Part shown: piece by piece, positions 29,696-38,347 of the stretch
Position numbering within the stretch: the stretch's first letter is position 1
How the letters are laid out: each line of letters opens with the position of its first letter
DNA from: an uncultured Alphaproteobacteria bacterium
GTDB taxonomy: Bacteria > Pseudomonadota > Alphaproteobacteria > JAPYRI01
Assembly (NCBI GenBank): GCA_964405515.1
Contig: CAYOOG010000002.1
Coordinates: 1-42,873 of the forward strand
Length of the DNA: 42,873 nucleotides
Direction: 5' to 3'
Made by a program: the position numbers and the translations under genes
The notes under the pieces: model-generated
Database searches by the model: none
What the model saw: only the letters and a program-made list of their open reading frames with translations
What the model was told of the DNA's origin: nothing

Positions 29696-30139
29696 ATGAG
29701 CGGAGAGCATAGCGCCGCTCCAGCACCGCCTAAATGGATCGTGCGGGCGGTGACCGCCCTTAACGTTCTTGTCTACAATCTGAGCGGCGGCCGGATCATG
29801 AATTCCGTAGGTGACTGCGACGTCTGCATTGTCACCATGAAGGGCGCCAAGACGGGAAAGGCAAGGCGGCTAGCGCTGATGCACATGCCCTGGCGGGGCG
29901 GCTTGCTCCTGGTGGCGGCTCAGGGCGGGTCCGAGGAGAACCCGGGTTGGTACTTCAACCTAATGAAGAACCCCGAGATCACCGTTCAATACAAGGGCAA
30001 GACTTCGAGCATGACGGCGCGCCTCCTGGACGGGGAAGAAAAGGCGGCGGCCTGGCTCGTTTGCGTCGACTACTTCGCCAATCTGGAGGTTTTTCAGCAG
30101 CGCACAACCCGCGACATCCCGGTGTTTACCTGCGAGTAG
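29696..30139 (+). CDS. Ddn family protein, copy 2
   Basis: TMKGAKTGKAR, AAQGG, NPGWYFNL..NP and QRTTRDIPV motifs; clear paralog of the upstream gene. Confidence 0.85.
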   Translation: MSGEHSAAPAPPKWIVRAVTALNVLVYNLSGGRIMNSVGDCDVCIVTMKGAKTGKARRLALMHMPWRGGLLLVAAQGGSEENPGWYFNLMKNPEITVQYKGKTSSMTARLLDGEEKAAAWLVCVDYFANLEVFQQRTTRDIPVFTCE

Positions 30140-30159
30140 GGGCGAAGTGGCCGCCGGGC

Positions 30160-30524
30160 TTACTTGTAATTGATTGCCTGTAAATAACCCTTGAAGTCCA
30201 AGTCGGACTTCAACAGGTCATCGTAAAACAACTTATTCATGGAAAGCTGGCATTCGCTGCCTCGGCACTCGCCGGTACCGCCGCGTGATCGCGTTTATGG
30301 TCCCGGGTTTCTTTGTAACCGAGTTCGGTCATTACTTCGACTTCAGTCCTGAAGTGAATCTTCAGGGTTTTGCCGACATGGTCCAAGGCCGCCGTGCAGG
30401 CCGGCATATCACCTTCCTCGTGGCTTTCGTGCCACTGGCGAATTAGTTTCACTAAATGCTCGTGATCGGCGTCAATCTCGGGATGCCCAATCAAGAGACC
30501 GTCGGTAAATACTATACTCTTCAC
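30160..30524 (-). pseudogene. Hemerythrin-like protein, frameshifted
   Basis: GTG 30524 with GGGGAGA RBS; IGHPEIDADH, HFRTE and HKRDH motifs. A plausible C-terminus (LFYDDLLKSDLDFKGYLQAINYK*) lies in another frame and ends at 30160. Confidence 0.7.
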
Positions 30525-30566
30525 GTAGTTTCTCCCCAGACCGCTCCGCAAGCGGCGACTTATATA

Positions 30567-31589
30567 CTACTTCGAGGGGTCGTCACCAACCTGCACAAGC
30601 ATTTTTCCGATATTTTCGCCGGCCAACAATCCGATGAAAGCCTCGGACGCCGCCTCCAGGCCCTGTCTAACTGTCTCCCGGTACTTGACCTTGTCCTCAG
30701 CGATCCAGGGGCCCATATCCGCGAAGAATTGCGGGTAGAGGTGGTCCCAGTCAGGCACCAAAAAGCCCCGCATGGTGGCCCGTTTGACAATAAGAGCGCT
30801 GAGATTCGACGGCCCGGGCGACCGCATGCCGTCGTTGTAGAGCGAGATCATGCCGCACACGGCAATGCGGGCGTTGAGGTTGATGTTGTTGAGCACGGCT
30901 TCCAGAGTCTCGCCGCCGACGTTTTCGAAATACACGTCGATGCCGTTGGGGCAGGTCTCGGCGATGGCGGCGCCGATTTTGCCGTCCTTGTAATTGAAGG
31001 CGGCGTCGAAGCCCAATTCACCCGTCAGATAGGCGATTTTTTCGGCGCTGCCGGCGCTGCCCACGACGCGGCAGCCCTTGATTTTGGCAATTTGGCCGAC
31101 AACGCTGCCGACGGCGCCGGAGGCGGCGGAAACAAAGACATTGTCGCCTTCCTTCAATTCGGCGACGTGCAGTAGCCCGGCGTAGGCGGTCAGGCCGGGC
31201 ATGCCGAGGACACCCAAAAATGTGGATAGGGGCGCGATCGACGCATCCAGCTTCTGGACCGCCTGACCGTTGATGGTGAAGTATTCCCGCCAGCCCAGCA
31301 TGGAAAGCACGAATTCCCCGGCCGCGATCTTGTCGTTGTTGGAGGCCACAACCTGACCGACGGCGCCGCCTTCCATGGGTTCGCCCAATTCGAAGGGGGG
31401 AATGTAGGATTTCACGCCCGGAGTCATGCGCCCGCGCATGTACGGGTCCACGGACATGTAGATATTGCGTACCAGGATTTCGCCGGGGCCGGGCTCCGGC
31501 ATGGCCGCTTCCAATATCTTGAAGTCGCCGGGTTTAGGCGCGCCCTCCGGATAGGCGGCAAGGGCGATCAGGCGATTAACGTCTGTCAT
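30567..31589 (-). CDS. NADP-dependent oxidoreductase (CurA/LTB4DH-like MDR)
   Basis: SVDPYMRGRM, LGMPGLTAY, SAASGAVGS, YFENVGG, CGMIS and NIGK motifs. Confidence 0.92.
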   Translation of the reverse strand: MTDVNRLIALAAYPEGAPKPGDFKILEAAMPEPGPGEILVRNIYMSVDPYMRGRMTPGVKSYIPPFELGEPMEGGAVGQVVASNNDKIAAGEFVLSMLGWREYFTINGQAVQKLDASIAPLSTFLGVLGMPGLTAYAGLLHVAELKEGDNVFVSAASGAVGSVVGQIAKIKGCRVVGSAGSAEKIAYLTGELGFDAAFNYKDGKIGAAIAETCPNGIDVYFENVGGETLEAVLNNINLNARIAVCGMISLYNDGMRSPGPSNLSALIVKRATMRGFLVPDWDHLYPQFFADMGPWIAEDKVKYRETVRQGLEAASEAFIGLLAGENIGKMLVQVGDDPSK

Positions 31590-31602
31590 GGCTACTCCCC
31601 GA

Positions 31603-32034
31603 TTAAATGACTTCCAGCGCCAGACGCACCATCATGACGCCAAGGACGATGCTGCTTGCGGCATAGGCGTAAAACCGATGCATCACGGCGTTATAGGTGC
31701 AGTGTATGAAGCTATGTACGCCACGCAGGGCGACAAAAGCCCAGGCCAGCCAAAGCCCCGTGTTGCCGACATTGGCGCTGATCAGCATGAGAATGCAGAC
31801 GATGTAGAACAGTACCGGCGCCTCAAACAGGTTGCGGAAATTGGCAGCCGTGCCGTCGTTGAACTCCGCCGGCAAATTCACCGGATCACTTTCGAGCTTT
31901 GAGTGGTCAAACGACCCGGAGCGGGCCAAATTGATGCGAATCCAATACATGCGCAGCCACACGATGGCGGTAATACCCATCATGGCAAGCATGGGTTGCA
32001 ATATTGCCGTTCCGAACATGACTTTCTCTCCCAT
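31603..32034 (-). CDS. MAPEG family membrane protein
   Basis: NFRNLFEAPVLFY, AWAFVALRGVHSFIH and HRF motifs. Confidence 0.85.
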   Translation of the reverse strand: MGEKVMFGTAILQPMLAMMGITAIVWLRMYWIRINLARSGSFDHSKLESDPVNLPAEFNDGTAANFRNLFEAPVLFYIVCILMLISANVGNTGLWLAWAFVALRGVHSFIHCTYNAVMHRFYAYAASSIVLGVMMVRLALEVI

Positions 32035-32101
32035 TGCGGCCCAAATGGCCCTGTTGCGGCCCTATCATGACAGAGATTGGGCAAACTGCTAAACATCTGT
32101 C

Positions 32102-33766
32102 ATGGCAAGCGATTTAACCATAGCTCTGGCTCAGATCAACCCCGTCGTCGGCGATGTGGCGGGCAACGCCAAGGCCATCCGCGAGGCCCGCGCCCGCGCC
32201 GCCCAGGCGCGCTCGGACCTGGTCGTCTTCAGCGAGTTGGTGTTGGCCGGTTATCCGCCCGAGGACTTGGTTCTGAAGCCCGCCTTCCAAAAGGAGGTGG
32301 AGGCCGCCGCCAAGACCCTGGCCAAGGAAACCGCCGACGGCGGCCCCGCCGTGCTGCTCGGGGCTCCGTGGATTCATGACGGGCATTTGTACAATGCGGC
32401 GCTGTTGCTGGATGGCGGCAGGATCGAGGCCGTGCGCATGAAGCATCACCTGCCCAATTACGGGGTGTTCGATGAAAAGCGGGTCTTCGAGGAAGGTCAG
32501 ATGCCGGAGCCGATGACCTGCCGCGGTGTCAAGCTGGGTGTCATGGTCTGCGAAGACATGTGGATGGGCGACGTCACCGGCCATCTGGCCGAGGAGGGCG
32601 CGGAAATTTTGGTGATCCTCAACGGCTCGCCTTTCGAGGATGAAAAAGGCGACGAGCGCCGCTCGCTGGCTGCCGCCCGCGTGGCAGAGACCGGCCTGGG
32701 GCTGGTCTACGTCAATCAGGTTGGCGGCCAGGACGAACTGGTCTTTGATGGCGCATCTTTCGTGATGAACGGCGATGGCACCATTGCCGCTCACACGCCC
32801 GATTGGGTGGAGGACGTGGTCGCGACCGACTGGCGGCACCTGGGCGACGGGCGTTGGGTGTGCGAGCCCGGGCCCGTGGCGCCGACCGCCGAGCGGCTCG
32901 AATCCTTGTACCAGGCCATGGTCATGGGTTTGCGCGACTACGTGAACAAGAATCGCTTCAGCGGCGTGGTTTTGGGACTCTCGGGTGGTATCGATAGCGC
33001 GCTTTCCGCCACCGTGGCCGTGGATGCCCTGGGCCCCGCCCGTGTTCATTGCGTTCTCATGCCGTCCAAGATCACCTCCAAGGCGAGCATCGACGATGCG
33101 ACGGAGTGCGCCAGACTTCTTTGCGCCGCAGCCGATACCGTGCCCATCGGCGCCAGCGTTGATGCTTTTGGCGGTATGCTGGCGGATGTATTCAAGAATA
33201 CCGAGGCGGACACCACCGAGGAAAACCTGCAGGCTCGCGCCCGCGGCGTCGTGTTGATGGCCCTGTCCAATAAGTTTGGATACATGGTGCTGACAACGGG
33301 TAATAAATCCGAGGTCTCGGTGGGTTATTCGACCTTGTACGGCGATCTTTGCGGGGGCTATTCGGTATTGAAGGACGCTTACAAGACAACGGTTTATAAG
33401 CTCGTGGACTGGCGCAACAAACACGTGCCCATAGGGGCGATGGGCCCCAAAGGCCGCGTCATACCCGAGAATATCGTCACCAAGGCGCCCAGCGCCGAAT
33501 TGAAACCGGACCAGACCGATCAGGACACGCTTCCGCCCTATGAGGAACTTGACGATATTCTTCATTGCCTGATCGAGCAGGACATGGCGGTGGACAAGAT
33601 CGCCGCCCGTGGGCACGCGCCTGAGCTGGTGGCGCGCATCGAGCACATGCTTTACGTCGCCGAGTACAAACGCCGCCAGTCGCCACCCGGAGTCAAAATC
33701 ACCCGGCGAAACTTCGGCCGCGACCGCCGCTACCCGATCACCAACGGCTTCCGGGACGCGACATGA
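32102..33766 (+). CDS. nadE: Glutamine-dependent NAD+ synthetase
   Basis: Nitrilase domain (SELVLAGYPPEDL, LPNYGVFDEKR, CEDMW) plus SGGIDS, ENLQAR, GNKSE, PSAEL and EYKRRQ. Confidence 0.95.
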   Translation: MASDLTIALAQINPVVGDVAGNAKAIREARARAAQARSDLVVFSELVLAGYPPEDLVLKPAFQKEVEAAAKTLAKETADGGPAVLLGAPWIHDGHLYNAALLLDGGRIEAVRMKHHLPNYGVFDEKRVFEEGQMPEPMTCRGVKLGVMVCEDMWMGDVTGHLAEEGAEILVILNGSPFEDEKGDERRSLAAARVAETGLGLVYVNQVGGQDELVFDGASFVMNGDGTIAAHTPDWVEDVVATDWRHLGDGRWVCEPGPVAPTAERLESLYQAMVMGLRDYVNKNRFSGVVLGLSGGIDSALSATVAVDALGPARVHCVLMPSKITSKASIDDATECARLLCAAADTVPIGASVDAFGGMLADVFKNTEADTTEENLQARARGVVLMALSNKFGYMVLTTGNKSEVSVGYSTLYGDLCGGYSVLKDAYKTTVYKLVDWRNKHVPIGAMGPKGRVIPENIVTKAPSAELKPDQTDQDTLPPYEELDDILHCLIEQDMAVDKIAARGHAPELVARIEHMLYVAEYKRRQSPPGVKITRRNFGRDRRYPITNGFRDAT

Positions 33767-33769
33767 CTA

Positions 33770-33943
33770 GGGTCCAGACTCATAGACAGGATCAAATTGG
33801 CCATATCCTCAAGGACGCGTGGAATCGCTTCAAGCTGCGGTGTCGAAGGGATCAACCGGGCGGCAAGCCTGCTTTTCACCCTTCTCCTAGCATCTTTTTG
33901 CGATTCACAGCGCCATTTGGACCCTGTCTATGAGTTTGGACCC
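33770..33943. mobile_element. Non-autonomous MITE-like element (174 bp, ~32-bp imperfect TIRs, TA target duplication)
   Basis: Left end GGGTCCAGACTCATAGACAGGATCAAATTGGC versus reverse-complemented right end GGGTCCAAACTCATAGACAGGGTCCAAATGGC (28/32 match). TA at 33768-33769 and 33944-33945. Removing the element restores ATG ACT AAA GCC CTG GTA CGC. Confidence 0.85.
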
Positions 33944-35282
33944 TAAAGCCCTGGTACGCTTTGCTCCCAGTCCCACTGGGCTTCTGCACGTCGGCAATCT
34001 GCGCGGCGCCCTGGTCAATTGGTTGTTCGCGCGGCAGACCGGCGCGGACTTCTTGCTGCGCATTGACGACACCGATACGGAACGCTCGACCGCCGAATAC
34101 AATGCTGCCATTGAGCGCGACCTGATGTGGCTCGGCCTCGAGTGGGACCAGTCGGCTCGCCAGTCGGAGCGCTTGGGGCGTTATTCAGAGGCCGAAAGCA
34201 AGCTGGTCGAGGCCGGGCGGCTCTACCCCTGTTATGAAACGCCCGAAGAACTCGAGACCAAGCGCAAGTTGCAGATGGCGCGGGGCAAGCCGCCGGTTTA
34301 TGACCGCGCGGCACTTGATCTGAGCGACGAGGAAAAGTCCGCCTTGGAGGCCGAGGGCTGCAAGCCGCATTGGCGGTTTCTGCTGGAGCGCGAGGTCGTT
34401 GCCTGGGAAGATATCGTGCGGGGGCCGTCTCACATCGACATGGCCAGCCTCAGCGACCCGGTGCTCATTCGCAGCGACGGGCGGCCCTTGTACATGCTGC
34501 CCTCGGTAGTGGATGACATGGACCATGGCGTCAGCCACGTCATTCGCGGCGAAGACCACGTCACCAACACGGCCGAGCAGGTACAGATATTCCAGGCTCT
34601 TGGCGGAGAGGTGCCGGCCTTCGGGCACTTCCCGTTGCTAACCGGCGCCGCCGGCGAAAGCCTGTCGAAGCGGTTGGGCTCCCTCAGCCTGGCGGCCATT
34701 CGCGACGAGGGCTATGAGCCTTTGGCGCTGCTCTCCCTGGTGGCCAAACTTGGCACGGCGGATCCGGTGGAGCCCTTCACCAGCCTGGACGCCCTGGTGA
34801 GCAGCTTCGACATCACCCGCTTCAGCCGTAGCGCCGCGCATTTCGACATGGAGGAACTCAAGCACCTTAACGCCAAGCTTTTGCACCTGCTGTCCTTTGA
34901 AGACGTAGCCGAGAAGCTGGCGGACCTGGGGCTGGAAGGGGCCGGGAAAGACTTCTGGAACGCCGTGCGGCCCAACCTTGGTGTCTTGGCCGACGCCGCC
35001 GGCTGGTGGCAGGTGGTCAACGGCGAGATCACCCCACACATCGACGACGCGGATTTCATGGCGGCGGCGGTTGGTGAACTGCCCGATGAGCCCTGGGACG
35101 ATACCACCTGGGGCGTCTGGACCAAGGCCGTGGCGGCGGCTACGGGGGCCAAGGGCAAGGCCCTGTTCCGGCCCCTGCGTCTGGCCCTCACCGGGCGCGA
35201 ACATGGACCGGAAATGAAGAATCTGCTACCTCTCATCGGCCCGGCCCGGGCGGTTGCCCGGCTGAGTAGTGAATCGGTTTAA
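33930..35282 (+). CDS. gltX: Glutamate-tRNA ligase
   Basis: [29 protein letters not shown] and PLRLALTG motifs; the present start lies inside the MITE right TIR. Confidence 0.95.
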   Translation: MSLDPKALVRFAPSPTGLLHVGNLRGALVNWLFARQTGADFLLRIDDTDTERSTAEYNAAIERDLMWLGLEWDQSARQSERLGRYSEAESKLVEAGRLYPCYETPEELETKRKLQMARGKPPVYDRAALDLSDEEKSALEAEGCKPHWRFLLEREVVAWEDIVRGPSHIDMASLSDPVLIRSDGRPLYMLPSVVDDMDHGVSHVIRGEDHVTNTAEQVQIFQALGGEVPAFGHFPLLTGAAGESLSKRLGSLSLAAIRDEGYEPLALLSLVAKLGTADPVEPFTSLDALVSSFDITRFSRSAAHFDMEELKHLNAKLLHLLSFEDVAEKLADLGLEGAGKDFWNAVRPNLGVLADAAGWWQVVNGEITPHIDDADFMAAAVGELPDEPWDDTTWGVWTKAVAAATGAKGKALFRPLRLALTGREHGPEMKNLLPLIGPARAVARLSSESV

Positions 35283-35315
35283 AAAGTCAATAATTTCAGG
35301 ATGTTGTGAGGGAGC

Positions 35316-36719
35316 ATGGGGCTCGTACTCTACAATACGGCGGAGCGCCGGAAACAGGAATTCGCGCCGCTGAAGGCGGGGCGCGTGGGCATGTACGTCT
35401 GCGGGCCCACGGTCTACAGCGAGGCGCATATCGGTAACGCCCGCCCGGTCATTGTTTTCGACGTGCTTTACCGGTTGCTCAGGCGCGAGCATGGCGTGGC
35501 CAACGTAAAATATGTGCGCAACATCACCGACGTGGATGACAAAATCATTGCCGCCGCGGCGGAAAGCGGCGAGCCCATCGACGAGTTGACCACGCGCACG
35601 ACAAGAATCTATCACGAGGACATGGCGGCCTTGGGCGCTCTGCCGCCCGACGAGGAGCCCCGCGCCACGGCCCATATCAAGGAAATGCTGGCCCTGGTGG
35701 AAGACCTGATCGCCAAAGGCAATGCTTACGAGGGCAAAGGCGAAGGAAAAGGCCACGTGCTGTTCGAGGTATCCTCCATGGCCGACTACGGCGCGCTTTC
35801 CGGCCACAACCGCGATGAGCTGATCGCCGGGGCCCGGGTTGAGGTGGCATCCTATAAGCGCGACCCGGCCGATTTCGTGCTCTGGAAACCGTCCAGCGAC
35901 GATCAGCCGGGCTGGGACAGTCCCTGGGGCCGGGGGCGGCCGGGCTGGCACCTGGAATGTTCAGCCATGAGCGAGATCTATTTGGGGCGCACCTTTGACA
36001 TCCACGGCGGTGGCCAGGATTTGATCTTCCCTCACCATGAAAACGAGCGCGCGCAATCGACCTGCGCCCACGGTCAGGGCAGCTTCGCGCAATTCTGGAT
36101 GCACAACGCCTACCTCATCGTCGAGGGCGAGAAGATGTCCAAGTCCCTTGGCAACATTCGCACCGTGCGTGAGTTATTGGCCGAAGCACCGGGCGAGGCC
36201 ATCCGCCTCAACATGCTCTCCACCCACTACCGCCAACCGCTCGACTGGACGGCGGAAGGCTTGACCCGCGCCAGGACCAATCTTGACCGCCTGTATACGG
36301 CGCTTGGCCGGCTGTCGGACGTGGCGGTGGACGTGGGCCCCGATGATGTGCCGGCGGTCGTGCTGGCGGCCCTGGAAGACGACCTCAACACGCCCCAGGC
36401 GCTGACCGAGATTTACGCCCTCGCCGGCGTGGCCAACAAGGCGGAGGGCGAAGCCGATCAGGCTGCCGCTAAGGCAGCGCTCCTGGCGGCGGGTGACCTC
36501 TTGGGCCTGTTGCAGCAGGACCCGGGGTCTTGGCTGAAGGACGCCAGGGAAGGGGAAATCAGCAGTGAAGAAATCGAGGCCTTGATCGAGCAGCGCGGCG
36601 CCGCGCGGGCGCAGAAGAACTTTGCCGAGGCCGACCGGATTGGAGATTTGCTGAAGGTTCATGTCGATCTGTTTGATGGCAGTGACCCAATGGCAACGGG
36701 CTGGAGGCGCAAGCGATGA
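35316..36719 (+). CDS. cysS: Cysteine-tRNA ligase
   Basis: YVCGPTVY, HIGN, NITDVDDK, GRPGWHLECS, FPHHENE and KMSKS motifs. Confidence 0.97.
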   Translation: MGLVLYNTAERRKQEFAPLKAGRVGMYVCGPTVYSEAHIGNARPVIVFDVLYRLLRREHGVANVKYVRNITDVDDKIIAAAAESGEPIDELTTRTTRIYHEDMAALGALPPDEEPRATAHIKEMLALVEDLIAKGNAYEGKGEGKGHVLFEVSSMADYGALSGHNRDELIAGARVEVASYKRDPADFVLWKPSSDDQPGWDSPWGRGRPGWHLECSAMSEIYLGRTFDIHGGGQDLIFPHHENERAQSTCAHGQGSFAQFWMHNAYLIVEGEKMSKSLGNIRTVRELLAEAPGEAIRLNMLSTHYRQPLDWTAEGLTRARTNLDRLYTALGRLSDVAVDVGPDDVPAVVLAALEDDLNTPQALTEIYALAGVANKAEGEADQAAAKAALLAAGDLLGLLQQDPGSWLKDAREGEISSEEIEALIEQRGAARAQKNFAEADRIGDLLKVHVDLFDGSDPMATGWRRKR

Positions 36720-38344
36720 GCCTGGGCAAGAGCAAAGAGCGCGTCTACCTTTACGACACCACCCTGCGGGACGGCGCCCAGACCCAAGGCGTTGATTTCG
36801 GCGTCGAGGACAAGCGCCTGATCGCCGAGGCGCTGGACAGGCTGGGCATTGATTACGTGGAAGGCGGATGGCCCGGGGCCAACCCCACGGACACGGCCTT
36901 TTTCGAGAATCCACCCAGACTTGAGCAGGCGACGTTCACGGCCTTCGGCATGACGCGGCGAGCCGGGCGCAGCACGGACAACGATCCCGGCCTGAATGCG
37001 CTCTTGGATGCGGGGGTCAAGGCCGTCACCGTTGTCGGCAAGGCGTCCGATTTTCATGCCGAAAAAATCCTCGGCATCAGCCAAGAGGAAAACATCGCGC
37101 TAATCCGCGATAGTGTCGCAGCGGTTGTGGATGCAGGGGCCGAGGCCCTTTTCGACGCCGAACATTTCTTCGACGGCTACAAGTCCAATCCAGAGTTCGC
37201 CGTAACCTGCCTTGAGGCGGCGGTGGATGCGGGCGCGCGCTGGGCCGTGCTGTGCGACACCAACGGCGGTGCGCTGCCCGAGGAAGTCGTGCAGATCGTT
37301 GGCGAGGTCACGTCCCGCGTGCCTGGGGACAAGCTCGGCATTCATGCCCATAACGATACCGATAACGCGGTGGCCATCAGTCTGGCCGCGCTTGGCGCCG
37401 GCGTGCGTCACATCCAGGGCACTCTGAACGGCCTGGGCGAGCGTTGCGGCAATGCCAATCTGGCGTCAATCATTCCGACCCTGTTGCTGAAGCCGGGTTA
37501 CGCGGACAAATACGAGACCGGCATTACGGCCGACGGCCTTGCACAGTTGACGCATACTTCACGGCTCCTGGATGAGCTATTGACCCAGGCGCCGAGCCGC
37601 AACGCACCCTATGTGGGTACCGCCGCCTTCGCCCATAAGGGCGGCTTGCACGTCTCCGCCGTGGAAAAGGATCCGGCCAGTTACGAGCACGTGCCGCCGC
37701 GGGCCGTGGGCAACGAGCGCCATATTCTGGTGTCCGACCAGTCGGGCCGCGCCAATATCCTCGCCCGTCTTGCCGAGATCGGCATGGACCTGAATCCCAA
37801 GGACGACAAGGTCGGGCGGCTGTTGGAGGAGGTCAAGGAGCGCGAATTTCAGGGCTATGCCTACGACGGCGCCGAGGCCAGCTTCGAGTTGCTGGCCCGC
37901 AATGCCATGGGCCAAGTACCGGAGTACTTCCGCGTCGACAGCTTCCGCGTGCTGGTTGAAACCCGCCACAACGCCAGGGGCGACCTGGGCACGATTTCGG
38001 AAGCTACGGTAAAGGTCAACGTGGATGGCGAGAGCATCATGTCGGTAGGCGAGGGCAATGGCCCCGTGAATGCGCTCGACATGGCCCTGCGCAAGGATTT
38101 GGGCAAGTACGCACCGTTCCTCAAGGACATGGCCCTGGTGGACTTCAAAGTACGCATTCTCACCCATGAGGGCACCGATGCCGTCACGCGCGTGATGATC
38201 GAGTCCGCCGACGGTGAGGGTAACCGCTGGTTCACCGTGGGCGTCTCGCCGAACATCGTCGAGGCCGCCTTCAACGCGCTGTTCGACTCGATTACATACA
38301 AATTCTACCGTGACGGCGCTCCCGCCGGCGCCTTTGGCTCTTGA
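36716..38344 (+). CDS. cimA: Citramalate synthase
   Basis: DTTLRDGAQ, EGGWPGANP, DAEHFFDG, HAHND, GERCGNA and FAHKGGLH motifs. Confidence 0.9.
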   Translation: MSLGKSKERVYLYDTTLRDGAQTQGVDFGVEDKRLIAEALDRLGIDYVEGGWPGANPTDTAFFENPPRLEQATFTAFGMTRRAGRSTDNDPGLNALLDAGVKAVTVVGKASDFHAEKILGISQEENIALIRDSVAAVVDAGAEALFDAEHFFDGYKSNPEFAVTCLEAAVDAGARWAVLCDTNGGALPEEVVQIVGEVTSRVPGDKLGIHAHNDTDNAVAISLAALGAGVRHIQGTLNGLGERCGNANLASIIPTLLLKPGYADKYETGITADGLAQLTHTSRLLDELLTQAPSRNAPYVGTAAFAHKGGLHVSAVEKDPASYEHVPPRAVGNERHILVSDQSGRANILARLAEIGMDLNPKDDKVGRLLEEVKEREFQGYAYDGAEASFELLARNAMGQVPEYFRVDSFRVLVETRHNARGDLGTISEATVKVNVDGESIMSVGEGNGPVNALDMALRKDLGKYAPFLKDMALVDFKVRILTHEGTDAVTRVMIESADGEGNRWFTVGVSPNIVEAAFNALFDSITYKFYRDGAPAGAFGS

Positions 38345-38347
38345 TTT

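Noticed and set aside
30191-30213. Perfect inverted repeat TTGAAGTCC-AAGTC-GGACTTCAA as a terminator or operator
   Set aside because: It has no U-tract and falls within the inferred hemerythrin C-terminal coding sequence (KSDLDFK), so its function cannot be supported.
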